The notes under the pieces: model-generated | Database searches by the model: none | Told to the model about the DNA's origin: nothing | Seen by the model: the letters and a program-made list of their open reading frames with translations, nothing else | Shown here: positions 9,983 through 20,322 of the stretch, one piece after another | Layout: each line of letters starts with the position of its first letter | Numbering within the stretch: the stretch's first letter is position 1 | Source: Alphaproteobacteria bacterium | Lineage (GTDB): Bacteria > Pseudomonadota > Alphaproteobacteria > UBA2966 | DNA length: 64,000 nucleotides | NCBI GenBank assembly: GCA_964291395.2 | Contig: OZ219856.1 | Location: 192,001-256,000 of the forward strand | Reading direction: 5' to 3' | Translations under genes and position numbers: made by a program

Positions 9983-10849
9983 ATGGTAGCGGTTGTCAGG
10001 GAGCTTTACGGTGTCTTCAAGCTGCGTATCGGATTCGCGATCGCGCTGAGCGCGGCGGCAGGTCTCGCGGCGACGCCCGGACCATCCATCCCGTTCTGGA
10101 ACGCTACGGCTCTCGTCCTGGCCGTGTTGCTCGCAGCCGCGAGCGCCGGCGCTTTCAACCAATTCGCCGAGCGCGATCTCGATGCGCGCATGGTCCGCAC
10201 CCGCGGACGGCCCTTCGTCTCGGGCCGGTTTACCGCCGGGCCTTTCTGGCTTGCCATCATCGGTGGACTGCTTGTGTTTTCGGTGATGCTGGCCGCCTGG
10301 GCCACCAACGTAGTGGCCGCCACGCACGTGTTCCTCGGCGCCTTCGTGTACGGCGTCGTCTACACCGTGTGGCTCAAGCGCCGCACCTGGCTCAACATCG
10401 TCGTCGGAGGTCTGTCGGGAAGTTTCGCGGTGCTGGCCGGTGCAGCGGCCGTCGATGCGAATCTCTCCGCCGTGCCGGTCTGCCTCGCAATCGTTCTGTT
10501 CCTCTGGACGCCTCCGCATTTCTGGAGCTTGGCGATGGCGCTGCGCGAGGACTATGCCCGGGCCGAGGTGCCCATGCTGCCGATCGTTGTCGGCGATGTA
10601 CGGGCGGCCAAGGTCATTCTTGCCCATACGGTGGTGCTCGTCGCCTTGTCGTTGATGCCTTTCATCTACGGGCTTGGCCTCGTCTATCTCGCGTTGGCGG
10701 TGATCGGCGGCTGGGTTTTCGTCGAGAAGAGCATCGCCCTCGTACGCACACCCGGACCTGCGGCGGCGCGCGCGAACTTCAAAGCCTCGCTGCTGCAGCT
10801 CTCGTTGATTCTGGTCGGCGCCATGGCGGACGCATGGTTGCCCTTGTAA
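9983..10849 (+). CDS. cyoE: protoheme IX farnesyltransferase (heme O synthase)
   Basis: ERDLDARMVRTRGRP, YTVWLKRRT, LWTPPHFWSLA, EDYARAEVPMLP. Confidence 0.93.
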   Translation: MVAVVRELYGVFKLRIGFAIALSAAAGLAATPGPSIPFWNATALVLAVLLAAASAGAFNQFAERDLDARMVRTRGRPFVSGRFTAGPFWLAIIGGLLVFSVMLAAWATNVVAATHVFLGAFVYGVVYTVWLKRRTWLNIVVGGLSGSFAVLAGAAAVDANLSAVPVCLAIVLFLWTPPHFWSLAMALREDYARAEVPMLPIVVGDVRAAKVILAHTVVLVALSLMPFIYGLGLVYLALAVIGGWVFVEKSIALVRTPGPAAARANFKASLLQLSLILVGAMADAWLPL

Positions 10850-11661
10850 GTCGCTGCGCTTCGCGGGTCTTGACTGCGTTGTGCCTGTTCGCAGCCGTCC
10901 CGGGGCTGGCGGCACCGACAGCTCCCACCGCCTTCGATCCTGATCGGGCGCTCGCGGATAGCCAAGCGGCTCTGGGACGCACGCTCTCGGGCTACGAATT
11001 TCGTGACGCTTCGTTCCGACCGCTGACGCTTTCGGAGTTTCGCGGCCGACCGTTGCTGATCAACCTCGTCTATACGAGTTGTGCTTACGACTGTCCGCTT
11101 ATCATCGAGACGTTGGCCGAAGCCATCGATATCGCGCGCGAAGCAGTGGGCCCAGAGAGTTTCCAAGTGCTGACCGTTGGATTCGACACGCGCATGGATA
11201 CGCCGGAACGGATGCGCGAATTTGCCGCCAACCATGGCATTCGCGACGACGGCTGGCGTTTCGCCAGTGCCGAGCACGAGACCATTGCACGACTCTCGAA
11301 GGATGTGGGCTTCTTGTTCTTCCCTTCGGCAAAGGGCTTCGACCATATCGCTCAGACTACGCTCGTCGACGCCGACGGCGTCATCTACCGCCAGGTCTAC
11401 GGCGCTGGGTTCGATCCGCCCTTTCTGGTGGAGCCGCTGAAGGATCTGGTTTTCGGGCGCGAGAGCGTGCCGACGTCGCTCGAGGGGCTGATCAACCGCA
11501 TCCGCTTCTTTTGCACCATCTACGACCCGTCGAGCGGCCGCTACCGGTTCGACTACTCCCCCTTCATTGCCATCGCTGTCGGTATCGCCTCCCTCGGCGG
11601 GTTGGGCTTCGTCGTCGTGCGCGGTTGGCTCCGTCAGCGTCGCCCTCACGCGCGGTCCTGA
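10834..11661 (+). CDS. SCO family copper chaperone with C-terminal TM extension
   Basis: YTSCAYDCP (CxxxC), FDH copper His, signal peptide; start uncertain. Confidence 0.85.
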   Translation: MVALVSRCASRVLTALCLFAAVPGLAAPTAPTAFDPDRALADSQAALGRTLSGYEFRDASFRPLTLSEFRGRPLLINLVYTSCAYDCPLIIETLAEAIDIAREAVGPESFQVLTVGFDTRMDTPERMREFAANHGIRDDGWRFASAEHETIARLSKDVGFLFFPSAKGFDHIAQTTLVDADGVIYRQVYGAGFDPPFLVEPLKDLVFGRESVPTSLEGLINRIRFFCTIYDPSSGRYRFDYSPFIAIAVGIASLGGLGFVVVRGWLRQRRPHARS

Positions 11662-11679
11662 CGGGGCGAGGGCGGGCGT

Positions 11680-13269
11680 GTGACGGCGCTGCAGCATATC
11701 CTGCGGCCGGCCCTCTGGCGCTTCGACGATCTGTTGTCGCGTATTTTTGGGCCGGCCTGGAACCCCCTCTACAACCTCGGAGCGCTGGGTTTTTTCTTTT
11801 ACTGGATCGTCGCGATCAGCGGCATATACATCTACATCTTCTTCGATACCGGCGTTACCGAGGCTTACGACTCCGTCGCCTACATGACGGAGGACCAGTG
11901 GTACCTTGCCGGCGTGATGCGGAGCCTGCACCGCTACGCCTCGGACGCCCTGGTCGTCGTCATGGTGCTGCATCTGATCCGCGAGTTCACCTATGACCGC
12001 TACCGAGGCGCGCGTTGGTTCAGCTGGCTTACTGCCGTCCCGATAATTTTGTTCGTCCTCGCGGCCGGCATCACGGGCTACTGGCTGGTCTGGGACCAGC
12101 TTGCGCAGTACGTCGCCATTGCCACCACGGAATGGCTCGACTGGCTGCCCATCTTCGGTGAGCCCATCGCCCGCAACTTTCTGGCGCCCGACGCGCTCGA
12201 TGACCGTTTCTTCACTTTGCTCGTGTTCCTGCACATCGCCGTGCCGTTGCTGTTGCTGCTGGCATTGTGGATCCACCTGCAACGGGTGAGTCGGCCACGC
12301 GTCAACCCGCCGCGCGGTCTGGCCGCGGGTAGCTTCGCGGCGCTTCTCGCGCTCTCGTTCGCCATGCCGGCGACCAGTCACGCCCCCGCCGATCTGGCGA
12401 AGGTACCCACGGTCCTCGACCTCGACTGGTTCTACCTCGGGTTCCACCCGTTGATGGACGTGTGGTCCCGCGGCACGGCGTGGGCCACGGCCGCCGTGCT
12501 GACGCTGACGATTGCCGTCATGCCCTGGTTGCCTCCCTTTCGCCGCCCCGCGGCGGCGCGGGTCGATCTCGACAACTGCAACGGGTGTGCCCGCTGCGCC
12601 GAGGACTGCCCCTTCAACGCGATCTCGATGGAGCGCCGCAGTGACGGCAAACCGTTCGACCGGGAAGCGGTCGTCAAGAGCTCGCTGTGCGTGAGTTGCG
12701 GAATTTGCGCGGGGGCCTGTCCGACAGCGACTCCCTTCCGCCGCACCGGCGCCCTGGTCCCGGGGATCGAGCTGCCCCACGCCACGCTGGTGAGCCTGCG
12801 GGACGCACTCGATCGAAAGGCGGATACCGGTGGCCAACAGGTCTACCTCATCGCCTGCGAGCATGGGGCCAGGCGGGAGACGATCGGCCACCCGGACCTT
12901 GCCGTCGCCACGGTACCTTGCATCGGCGCCCTACCACCGTCGTTCATCGACTACCTGTTGAGCCGTTGCGGCGCGGCAGGCGTCTACCTGGCCGGATGCC
13001 CGCAGGGCAATTGCCACTTCCGCCTCGGCAACGCATGGACCGAGGCACGCCTCGAGGGACGGCGCGACCCGATCCTGCGCAAACGGGTTCCACGCGAACG
13101 GGTGTGCTGGGGCTGGTTCGCGCCCCATCAGTCGTCGGGGCTGTGGCGGTCCGTCGAGACGTTCCTCCGCGATGTTCGCGGTTTGCCTCCTCAGGAGGCT
13201 CCGTCCGTCCGACAGCTCAGCACCCGCTTCGACCGGTCGCGGGAAGAGGGAGGCGTTGGCGGTCCATGA
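11680..13269 (+). CDS. cytochrome b + 2x[4Fe-4S] + MvhD/FlpD-like fusion protein
   Basis: Cytochrome b His residues (SLHRY, VLHL, FLHI, WIHL) and GITGYWLVWDQ; CNGCARCAEDCP and CVSCGICAGACP; IACEH..VPCIG..AGCPQGNCHF. Confidence 0.88.
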   Translation: MTALQHILRPALWRFDDLLSRIFGPAWNPLYNLGALGFFFYWIVAISGIYIYIFFDTGVTEAYDSVAYMTEDQWYLAGVMRSLHRYASDALVVVMVLHLIREFTYDRYRGARWFSWLTAVPIILFVLAAGITGYWLVWDQLAQYVAIATTEWLDWLPIFGEPIARNFLAPDALDDRFFTLLVFLHIAVPLLLLLALWIHLQRVSRPRVNPPRGLAAGSFAALLALSFAMPATSHAPADLAKVPTVLDLDWFYLGFHPLMDVWSRGTAWATAAVLTLTIAVMPWLPPFRRPAAARVDLDNCNGCARCAEDCPFNAISMERRSDGKPFDREAVVKSSLCVSCGICAGACPTATPFRRTGALVPGIELPHATLVSLRDALDRKADTGGQQVYLIACEHGARRETIGHPDLAVATVPCIGALPPSFIDYLLSRCGAAGVYLAGCPQGNCHFRLGNAWTEARLEGRRDPILRKRVPRERVCWGWFAPHQSSGLWRSVETFLRDVRGLPPQEAPSVRQLSTRFDRSREEGGVGGP

Positions 13270-13766
13270 CCAGTGCTTTCCGATATGTGGGCCAGGCCGC
13301 CGTGCTCGTCGCCTTTGCCGGGGTGGTCGGGTTCTTTTCCGGCGCTCCTTCTTTTCGCCATTTTCCCGAGGGGCAGGCCCTACTCAAGGTGAGCTTCGCG
13401 CATGGTGGCGCCCGTAGGGCGGAATGCCGGAAACGGACGCGGCGGGAGCTTGCGGAGATGGCGGCGAACATGCGGAAGGAGATGGATTGTCCTCGTGGAC
13501 GGGTAGACCTGAGGCTCGAGATCGACCTCGATGGAGCACCGCTCTACCAGGCGACGCTGCCGCCGACGGGGCTTGCGGGGGACGGCCCATCGCGCGTCTA
13601 CGAACGGTTTATGCTCCCCGCGGGTCGCCACGTTCTCCATCTTCGCTTGCGCGATTCCCGTCGGAATCAGGGGTTCGATCACGTCACGCGGAAGGTCGTG
13701 GAGCTCGCTGCCGGACAAAGTGTCGCCGTCGATTTCCACGTCGGCGAGGGATTCATCGTCCGATGA
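13266..13766 (+). CDS. membrane-anchored hypothetical protein of the oxidase operon
   Basis: ATGA overlap with upstream gene, N-terminal TM helix, two Cys. Confidence 0.75.
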   Translation: MTSAFRYVGQAAVLVAFAGVVGFFSGAPSFRHFPEGQALLKVSFAHGGARRAECRKRTRRELAEMAANMRKEMDCPRGRVDLRLEIDLDGAPLYQATLPPTGLAGDGPSRVYERFMLPAGRHVLHLRLRDSRRNQGFDHVTRKVVELAAGQSVAVDFHVGEGFIVR

Positions 13767-13803
13767 CCGCTGGGCCAGGCAGGACTGTCGAGGGAGGTCC
13801 ATC

Positions 13804-14211
13804 ATGGCGCTGATCCCGTGGCGAGAGGCGTTCGAGATCGGGATCGAGTCGGTCGATCACGAGCACCGCGAGTTGATAGACCTTATCAACCAACTCCATG
13901 ACCGGCTCGATCATAGTGCCGCGCCGGAGATCGTCGCCGGTTTTCTCGGTGAGATCTATGCGCGCATCTCCGCGCATTTCGCCCTCGAGGAAAGAGTCAT
14001 GCGCGAGCTCGAGTACGACGACTACGCGGATCACAAGGATGACCATGAAGCCCTGCTGGACGATATCAGGGACATCATGGATGTCTTCGACGAGGGCGGC
14101 TATGTGGACTTGCAGGAGGATTTGGGAGACCAACTCGAAACGTGGTTCGGTGGACATTTCCGCACGAAAGACGCCCGCCTTCACACCTTCCTCGAAGACA
14201 GGGGCGCTTGA
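13804..14211 (+). CDS. bacteriohemerythrin
   Basis: W..F.IG..VDHEHRELI, HFALEE..M, HKDDH, W..HF...D. Confidence 0.92.
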   Translation: MALIPWREAFEIGIESVDHEHRELIDLINQLHDRLDHSAAPEIVAGFLGEIYARISAHFALEERVMRELEYDDYADHKDDHEALLDDIRDIMDVFDEGGYVDLQEDLGDQLETWFGGHFRTKDARLHTFLEDRGA

Positions 14212-14402
14212 TCGAAATCAAGGATGGCGGCGCGCCCCGCATCCATGAATGGAGCGTCGCCCGATGCTCCGGGTGCGCTGGATTGTAGTGGTGGAAGAAA
14301 CCGTCACGGGAGTGGCACAACATGTCGCAGCCGCCTCTTTGACACACCGGCGACGAACGGGATAATGCCGCTTCACCCTTCGTTCGCACGGGAGACAGTC
14401 AA

Positions 14403-15326
14403 ATGACGGACAAGGTTGCCATCGTTGTCGCACCGACCGGGGCGCTCAACACGCGCGAATCGGCGCCTTACATGGCCTATACCGTTGAGGAGCAGGCTGT
14501 AGAAGCGAGGAACTGTGAAGACGCCGGCGCGTCCATCTATCACGTCCACGTCAGGGACGAGCGGGGCGCGAATTCGGGTGATCCCGAGATCTACGGCCGA
14601 CTGGTCGAGCACGTGAGAACGAAGTCCGATTTGCTCATTCAAATCGGCGGGGCGCTCGGACCCGTCCGCGACCCCGACACCGGCATCATCGGCTATCCCT
14701 TCACCGAGGAAGACCGGCTGCACGCTCTCGAGACGAAGCCGGCGCCGGACATGTTCACGGTGAAAATCGGCGCGGTCGAGCTTCGGGTTCCGGCCAAGAA
14801 CTATGAAACCATCGGCCTGCGGAACTCGCCCAAATTCCTGCGCCAGGCGATTCCCTACGTCATGGAACGGGATATGTGCCTGGAGCTGGAAATCTTCGAT
14901 GTCGGCTGTCTGTACAACGCCAAGATCCTGGAGGAAGAGGGGCTTTTCGGACCTGCGGGACTGAGCTCTCCCGGGTGCTACCTGCACTTCGTGATGGGCC
15001 ATGGCGGCCAGCCGGCGACGATGAAGCAGCTGATGTATCTCCATGAAGAGTCGCTGAAACTGTTTCCCGATGCGGAAATCTGCGTAAGCGCCGCGGCGGA
15101 CGAATGCTATCGCATCATCACGACCGCGATGCTTCTGGGCTGCAACATGGTGCGGTGCGGCATAGAAGACAGCCGGCACCTGTCGAACGGCCGGCGCGCC
15201 GAAAGCAACGTTCAAATCGTCGAAAACGTCGTGAGGATCGCGCGGGAGATCGGACGGGACGTGGCCTCGGTCAGCGAAGCGCACGAGATGCTGATGCCGA
15301 GGACGTCGGCCCAGCGCGCCGCCTGA
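14403..15326 (+). CDS. beta-keto acid cleavage enzyme (DUF849/Kce family)
   Basis: VAPTGA, AGASIYHVHVRD, ELEIFD, RCGIED..SN.Q.V. Confidence 0.9.
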   Translation: MTDKVAIVVAPTGALNTRESAPYMAYTVEEQAVEARNCEDAGASIYHVHVRDERGANSGDPEIYGRLVEHVRTKSDLLIQIGGALGPVRDPDTGIIGYPFTEEDRLHALETKPAPDMFTVKIGAVELRVPAKNYETIGLRNSPKFLRQAIPYVMERDMCLELEIFDVGCLYNAKILEEEGLFGPAGLSSPGCYLHFVMGHGGQPATMKQLMYLHEESLKLFPDAEICVSAAADECYRIITTAMLLGCNMVRCGIEDSRHLSNGRRAESNVQIVENVVRIAREIGRDVASVSEAHEMLMPRTSAQRAA

Positions 15327-15552
15327 CCGCGCTCGATCCATTTGAGGTCTACCTGCTATCGGTAGCAGGGGACCCGGTCGCGACGGAGTACTCCATCGGG
15401 AGGCCGTTGAGGAGAACGACCGGACCTATCTTTCCCTCGGTGGCTTTGTATCGATAGGCCGTAAGCCGGGCCGGAAATGCCGGCGCGCCTCACGCGCCTC
15501 GCCGACAGGGCGGTTCGAACGGTATTCAACAACGGGGACGGGGAGACATGAC

Positions 15553-16341
15553 ATGGACATGGGCCTTGACGGCAAAGTGGCCCTGGTAACGGCGGCCAGC
15601 AGGGGCATCGGTCGCGCCGTCGCGCAAGAGCTCGCCGCCGAAGGCGCGAACGTCGCCATCGCATCGCGTAGCGACGATGCCCTGAAGGCGGCCGCGGAGA
15701 CCATCAAGCAGGAGACGGGCAAGGACGTCGCCGCCTATGTGACGGATTTGCTCAACGATGCCGAGGTCCGGAAACTGGCCGATGACGTCGAGAAGGATCT
15801 GGGCCCCATCGAGGTTCTGGTCAACAGCTCGGCAGGACCGCCCACCAAACCGTTCGAGGAGCTCTCCGACGAGGATTGGCGGGAGGCCCTCGACATCAAG
15901 TTTCTGGCGCAGATGCGGCCCTCGCGCGAGATCCTCCCGCGCATGAAGAAGCGCGACGGGGGGCGCATCATCAACATCATCGGCAGCCACGGCCGCTACC
16001 CGCACGCCTATGCCATCACCGCGGGTGTGGTGAACGCCGCGCTGCTCAACCTGACCAAGGCGCTGGCGGAGGAAGGCGCACCGCACAACGTCCTGGTGAA
16101 TGCCATCAATCCCGGGCTGACGGACACCGAACGGGTGACCTATCTCGCCAACCTCAAGGCTGAAACCCAGGGCATCACTTACGATGAAGCCGTCGCGGAG
16201 ATGTGCCAGGACACTCTCCTCAAGCGGCTCGCCGCGCCCACGGAGATCGCCTCGATGGCCGTTCTGATGGCGTCCTCTCGCGGCGGGTTCATCACGGGAT
16301 CGATGATCGACGTGGACGGCGGCATGACGCCGTGCATCTGA
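15553..16341 (+). CDS. SDR family oxidoreductase
   Basis: VALVTAASRGIG, NAINPG, ITGSMIDVDGG; lacks a canonical YxxxK. Confidence 0.88.
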   Translation: MDMGLDGKVALVTAASRGIGRAVAQELAAEGANVAIASRSDDALKAAAETIKQETGKDVAAYVTDLLNDAEVRKLADDVEKDLGPIEVLVNSSAGPPTKPFEELSDEDWREALDIKFLAQMRPSREILPRMKKRDGGRIINIIGSHGRYPHAYAITAGVVNAALLNLTKALAEEGAPHNVLVNAINPGLTDTERVTYLANLKAETQGITYDEAVAEMCQDTLLKRLAAPTEIASMAVLMASSRGGFITGSMIDVDGGMTPCI

Positions 16342-16367
16342 ACGCCGACGATTAGGGCGCCAAAACG

Positions 16368-18782
16368 CTAGTTGACGGCGGCGCCGCCGGGTTCGCCAAA
16401 TCGGCGCAGCCGCACCTCGGCAACGGCGTCGATCAGTGCGTCGGTATCGATGCCGTAGGTCCGATAGAGGTCCGCGACGCTCCCCGACTGCCCGAAATGA
16501 TCGACGCCCAGCGGTGCGATCGGGTGCCCGAGGACGGAGCCCAACCAGCTCAGCGTTGCGGGATGGGCATCGATGACCGTGACGATCGACGCTTCGGCCG
16601 ACAGGACGCCCAGCAACCGTTCCACGTGACTGAGGGCCCCGCGTGCCCCGGCATTGCGCTCCCGCATCGTGGTGCGCCAGTCCGTATGGAGCCGGTCGGC
16701 CGACGTGATCGCGAGCAGTCCCGCGTCAGGAATGTCGTCGATGAGGCTGGCGTGCGCCTCGACGGCTTCCGGCGCCACGGCGCCTGAGAACACGATCGCG
16801 AGATCGGCGTCCGGTCCGGGCTCCCGGTACCAGTAGCCGCCGGCCAGGATGTCCTTCTCCAATGCCGGCGTCATGGCCCGTTGGGGCTGTTCCAGCGGTC
16901 GCGTGGAGAGGCGCAGGTAGACCGAAGTCCCGTCGGGCTTCTGGATGTGCTCCATGGCCCAGCGCATGCTGACGGCGAGTTCGTCGACGAAGGCCGGCTC
17001 GAACGTGAGCAAGTTGTCCTGCGCCATGCCGACCAGCGTCGTGCCGACGGATTGGTGAGCTCCGCCTTCCGGCGCGAGCGTAACGCCCGAGGGCGTACCG
17101 ACCAGTATGAAACGGGCGTCCTGATAGCAAGCGTAATTGAGCGAGTCCAATCCCCGGCTGATGAAGGTGTCGTAGAGCGTCCCGATGGGAAGCAGGCGTG
17201 TTCCGAACATGTCCTCGGACAAGCCGAGCATGCAGAGCAGGAGGAACAGGTTGTTCTCCGCGATGCCCAGCTCGATATGCTGGCCGCCGGGGGACGCCTC
17301 CCACTTCTGGGCGGAGGTGATGTGCTCCAGACGGAACTGGTCCGAGCGCGTCTCGCGATCGAACAGGCCCCGTTGATTGACCCAGCCGCCCAGGTTGGTG
17401 GAGACCGTGACGTCCGGTGACGTCGTCACGATGCGGTTGGCCGCGTCGGAATCGCCCCGACCCAGATCGTTGAGGATGCGCCCGAACGATTCCTGAGTGG
17501 ACGTCCACTTGGCCTCGGGCACGGCGATCTCGGGAATGGCGATGACCGCGGGTTCCTGGCGGGTCCGGCGAACGTTGCGGTAGGGCACCGTGTTCAGAAA
17601 TTCGGTCATCTCTTCCGGACCCGGTCCCAGGCCCTCGAAGGGCTCCCACTCGCGGCCCTCCGCGACGTTGTTGGCCTCGCGGAAGCGCTGCATCTGTTCT
17701 CGGTTCATGAGACCGGCGTGGTTGTCCTTGTGGCCCGCAAACGGCAGACCGAGGCCTTTGATCGTGTAGGCGATGAAACACTGCGGCGTATCGTCGTCGA
17801 CCGCCTCGAATGCTCCCAGAACGCTCCTCATGTCATGGCCGGCGAGGTTGGTCATCAGGCGGTGGAGGCTGTCGTCGTCGTGGGAGTCGAGAAACTCCTT
17901 CGACCCCGACGTCCCTCTCAGATCACGCTTGAGATGGTCGCGCCAAGCCGCGCCCCCGGCGAACGTCAGCGCGGAGTACATCGGGTTGGGGCAATCGTCG
18001 ATCCAGCGCCGCAGCGCTTCTCCGGCCGGTCCCTCGAAGGCCTTTTGCAGGCGCGTGCCGTATTTCAGCGTGACGACGTTCCAGCCGACCGAGCGGAAGA
18101 AATCCTCGATCTTTTGGAAGAGGAACATGTTGATGACGCCGTCGAGACTCTGCCGGTTGTAGTCGATGATCCACCACAGGCTTCTGACGTCGTGCTTCCA
18201 ACCCTCCAGCAGCGCTTCGAAGACGTTGCCTTCATCGAGCTCGGCATCGCCCATCAGGGCGATCATGCGTCCCGCCGGCTGATTCGACTCCGCGAGTCCA
18301 TGCATGCGCAGATAGTCCCGAACCATCGACGCGAACAGGGTCGCTCCCACCCCGAGACCGACCGAACCCGTGGAGAAATCGACCGGGCAGGCGTCTTTCG
18401 TGCGCGACGGATACGACTGGGCGCCGCCGAACCCGCGGAACCGCTCGAGATTTTCGCGCGTCTGAAGGCCGAAGAGGTAGTGGATCGCGTGCATGACCGG
18501 CGATGCGTGCGGCTTGACCGCGATCCGGTCTTCCGGCTGCAGGATGCGCGCATAGAGCGCCGTCAACAGTGTGCTTGCGGAGGCACAGGAGGCCTGATGC
18601 CCGCCCACCTTCACGCCATCGTCGTTGGGCCGGATGTGATTGGCGTTGTGGATCATCCACGTGGCCAGCCACAGGACCTTGCGATCGAGCGCCTCAAGTC
18701 GCTGGAGGAGCACGCCGCGCTTCTGATCGGCGCCTCCATCGGACTGCTTCGGCGAGCGGGCCGCCGAACGTCGGGTTGCCAT
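16368..18782 (-). CDS. TPP-dependent 2-oxoacid dehydrogenase E1, AceE/transketolase-like
   Basis: VGGHQAS, STGSVGLG, GDAELDEG, DYNRQSLD, LGIAE, EGGAHQS. Confidence 0.9.
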   Translation of the reverse strand: MATRRSAARSPKQSDGGADQKRGVLLQRLEALDRKVLWLATWMIHNANHIRPNDDGVKVGGHQASCASASTLLTALYARILQPEDRIAVKPHASPVMHAIHYLFGLQTRENLERFRGFGGAQSYPSRTKDACPVDFSTGSVGLGVGATLFASMVRDYLRMHGLAESNQPAGRMIALMGDAELDEGNVFEALLEGWKHDVRSLWWIIDYNRQSLDGVINMFLFQKIEDFFRSVGWNVVTLKYGTRLQKAFEGPAGEALRRWIDDCPNPMYSALTFAGGAAWRDHLKRDLRGTSGSKEFLDSHDDDSLHRLMTNLAGHDMRSVLGAFEAVDDDTPQCFIAYTIKGLGLPFAGHKDNHAGLMNREQMQRFREANNVAEGREWEPFEGLGPGPEEMTEFLNTVPYRNVRRTRQEPAVIAIPEIAVPEAKWTSTQESFGRILNDLGRGDSDAANRIVTTSPDVTVSTNLGGWVNQRGLFDRETRSDQFRLEHITSAQKWEASPGGQHIELGIAENNLFLLLCMLGLSEDMFGTRLLPIGTLYDTFISRGLDSLNYACYQDARFILVGTPSGVTLAPEGGAHQSVGTTLVGMAQDNLLTFEPAFVDELAVSMRWAMEHIQKPDGTSVYLRLSTRPLEQPQRAMTPALEKDILAGGYWYREPGPDADLAIVFSGAVAPEAVEAHASLIDDIPDAGLLAITSADRLHTDWRTTMRERNAGARGALSHVERLLGVLSAEASIVTVIDAHPATLSWLGSVLGHPIAPLGVDHFGQSGSVADLYRTYGIDTDALIDAVAEVRLRRFGEPGGAAVN

Positions 18783-18788
18783 GGTCCT

Positions 18789-19184
18789 TCAATCCGGGAC
18801 TTGGAGGATCCTGTATTCGATGAGATCCCTGAGACTGATGATACCCTCGATCTTACGGTCCTCGATGACCGGCACGTGCCGGAAATGACGTTCCGTCATC
18901 ATCTTGATGACGTCGTTGATATCGTCTTCGAGACCGCAGCTCACGACCGTCGTCGTCATCACTTCCCCGACTTCCATGGAGAGCAGTTTCTCCCGATCCG
19001 AAGCCAGGCCGTGCACCACGTCGCGCTCGGAGAAGATGCCGATGATGACGCCCTCCCAGTTGCGCACCATGACGGCGCCGACTTCCTCCTTGGTCAGCAG
19101 ATCGGCGACTTCCTGCACGGTCTTTTCCGGAGTGGTCGCCACCACCCGAGGTTCGTGCATCGCGAGTACGTCTTTGACTTTCAC
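18789..19184 (-). CDS. CBS domain pair protein
   Basis: GIFSERD, RHVPV, GIISLRDL; GTG start assumed. Confidence 0.88.
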   Translation of the reverse strand: MKVKDVLAMHEPRVVATTPEKTVQEVADLLTKEEVGAVMVRNWEGVIIGIFSERDVVHGLASDREKLLSMEVGEVMTTTVVSCGLEDDINDVIKMMTERHFRHVPVIEDRKIEGIISLRDLIEYRILQVPD

Positions 19185-19369
19185 GTTCCCTTTCGCCCCC
19201 TGGCGTGCACGAGCGATCCAGGCGGTCCCGACCCTGCGCATGCACGGGCAAAACGCGAGCACGCCTTGCTCCGGCGGAATTCTGTCCTCCCTGCGCCCGG
19301 GGAACAAGCCGCCGGCTTCGCCTACTATCGAATACAATATACCATCGGGAACGCGGCCGTGGCCCGCCG

Positions 19370-20209
19370 TTACTCGAGCAGGAACCCCTGCCGGCGGACG
19401 AATGCCCCGAAATCGTCCCGCTCGGGTTTCGAAACCTGCCGGGCCTTGTCCTCGGACCAGCCGTAAAATTCGGCCGTTCCGTAATCTTCGACGTATTTCT
19501 GCTTTTCGTCCGGGATCGCGTAACGGGCATCGCGGCGGTGGTCATAGTCGTCGAGGCCCCGCTCCAGCGCTTCGTCGTCATAGGTATCGACGTGGACCGT
19601 CGCCGACAGGGGCAGGCGCATGCTGACGTGGGCCCGGGCCGACGGATAGCCGAGACACAGTCCCGCCACCGGGAACACCCAGTTCGGCAACTGCAGGGTC
19701 TCGGACACCCGGGTGGCATGATTCCTGATGACGCTGATGGGACAGCAACCGAGGCCCCTGGACTCGGCGGCCGTGATCAGATTCTGCATCACGATGGCCG
19801 CATCGATGGCGGCGTTGAAGAATGCATCGAGATGATCGTTGGCGAACGGGCGGCCCCGCCGCGCGCAAATTCGGCGAATGCGACGGGAGTCGCCGCAAAA
19901 CACCATGAATTCCGGTGCCGCGCCGATCCAGGGCATGCCGGGGATGAGCTCGGCGATGCTCTGCCGTTTATCCTCGTCGATCACCCGCACCACGGTCGCC
20001 TGCTGCAGGTCTGACTTCGAAGGTGCCGAGTACGCGCAAGCCAGCAGCACCTCCATCAGGGCGTCCGGCACGGGATCCGGAAGGAACCGCCGATGGGTGC
20101 GGTGCGAGAGCAATGTCGTGATGACTTCGTTCGCGTCGTCGTCGCCGGACGCGGCGTCCATGTCGTGCCCGAACCGTTGGGTGTATAGCTCCGCGATCGT
20201 CTGCGTCAT
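19370..20209 (-). CDS. nitroreductase, NfsA/FRP-like
   Basis: HRTHRRF, SAPSKSDLQ, AAESRGLGCCPI, GLCLGYP, RLP. Confidence 0.9.
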   Translation of the reverse strand: MTQTIAELYTQRFGHDMDAASGDDDANEVITTLLSHRTHRRFLPDPVPDALMEVLLACAYSAPSKSDLQQATVVRVIDEDKRQSIAELIPGMPWIGAAPEFMVFCGDSRRIRRICARRGRPFANDHLDAFFNAAIDAAIVMQNLITAAESRGLGCCPISVIRNHATRVSETLQLPNWVFPVAGLCLGYPSARAHVSMRLPLSATVHVDTYDDEALERGLDDYDHRRDARYAIPDEKQKYVEDYGTAEFYGWSEDKARQVSKPERDDFGAFVRRQGFLLE

Positions 20210-20322
20210 GCCTGATGGTGCTCCGCCGTAGTCGGCCGGCCGGTTCCGTGCGCCGGTTCATGTCTATTCGCAGGGAGTAAACGCGATGTCATAGTGGGAG
20301 TCACGCGGCAGCAAAGGAGGAC

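Noticed and set aside
9532-10833. 709-aa ORF suggesting a large SCO fusion
   Set aside because: The N-terminal part is an off-frame overlap of subunit I and cyoE; only the last ~275 codons are SCO-like
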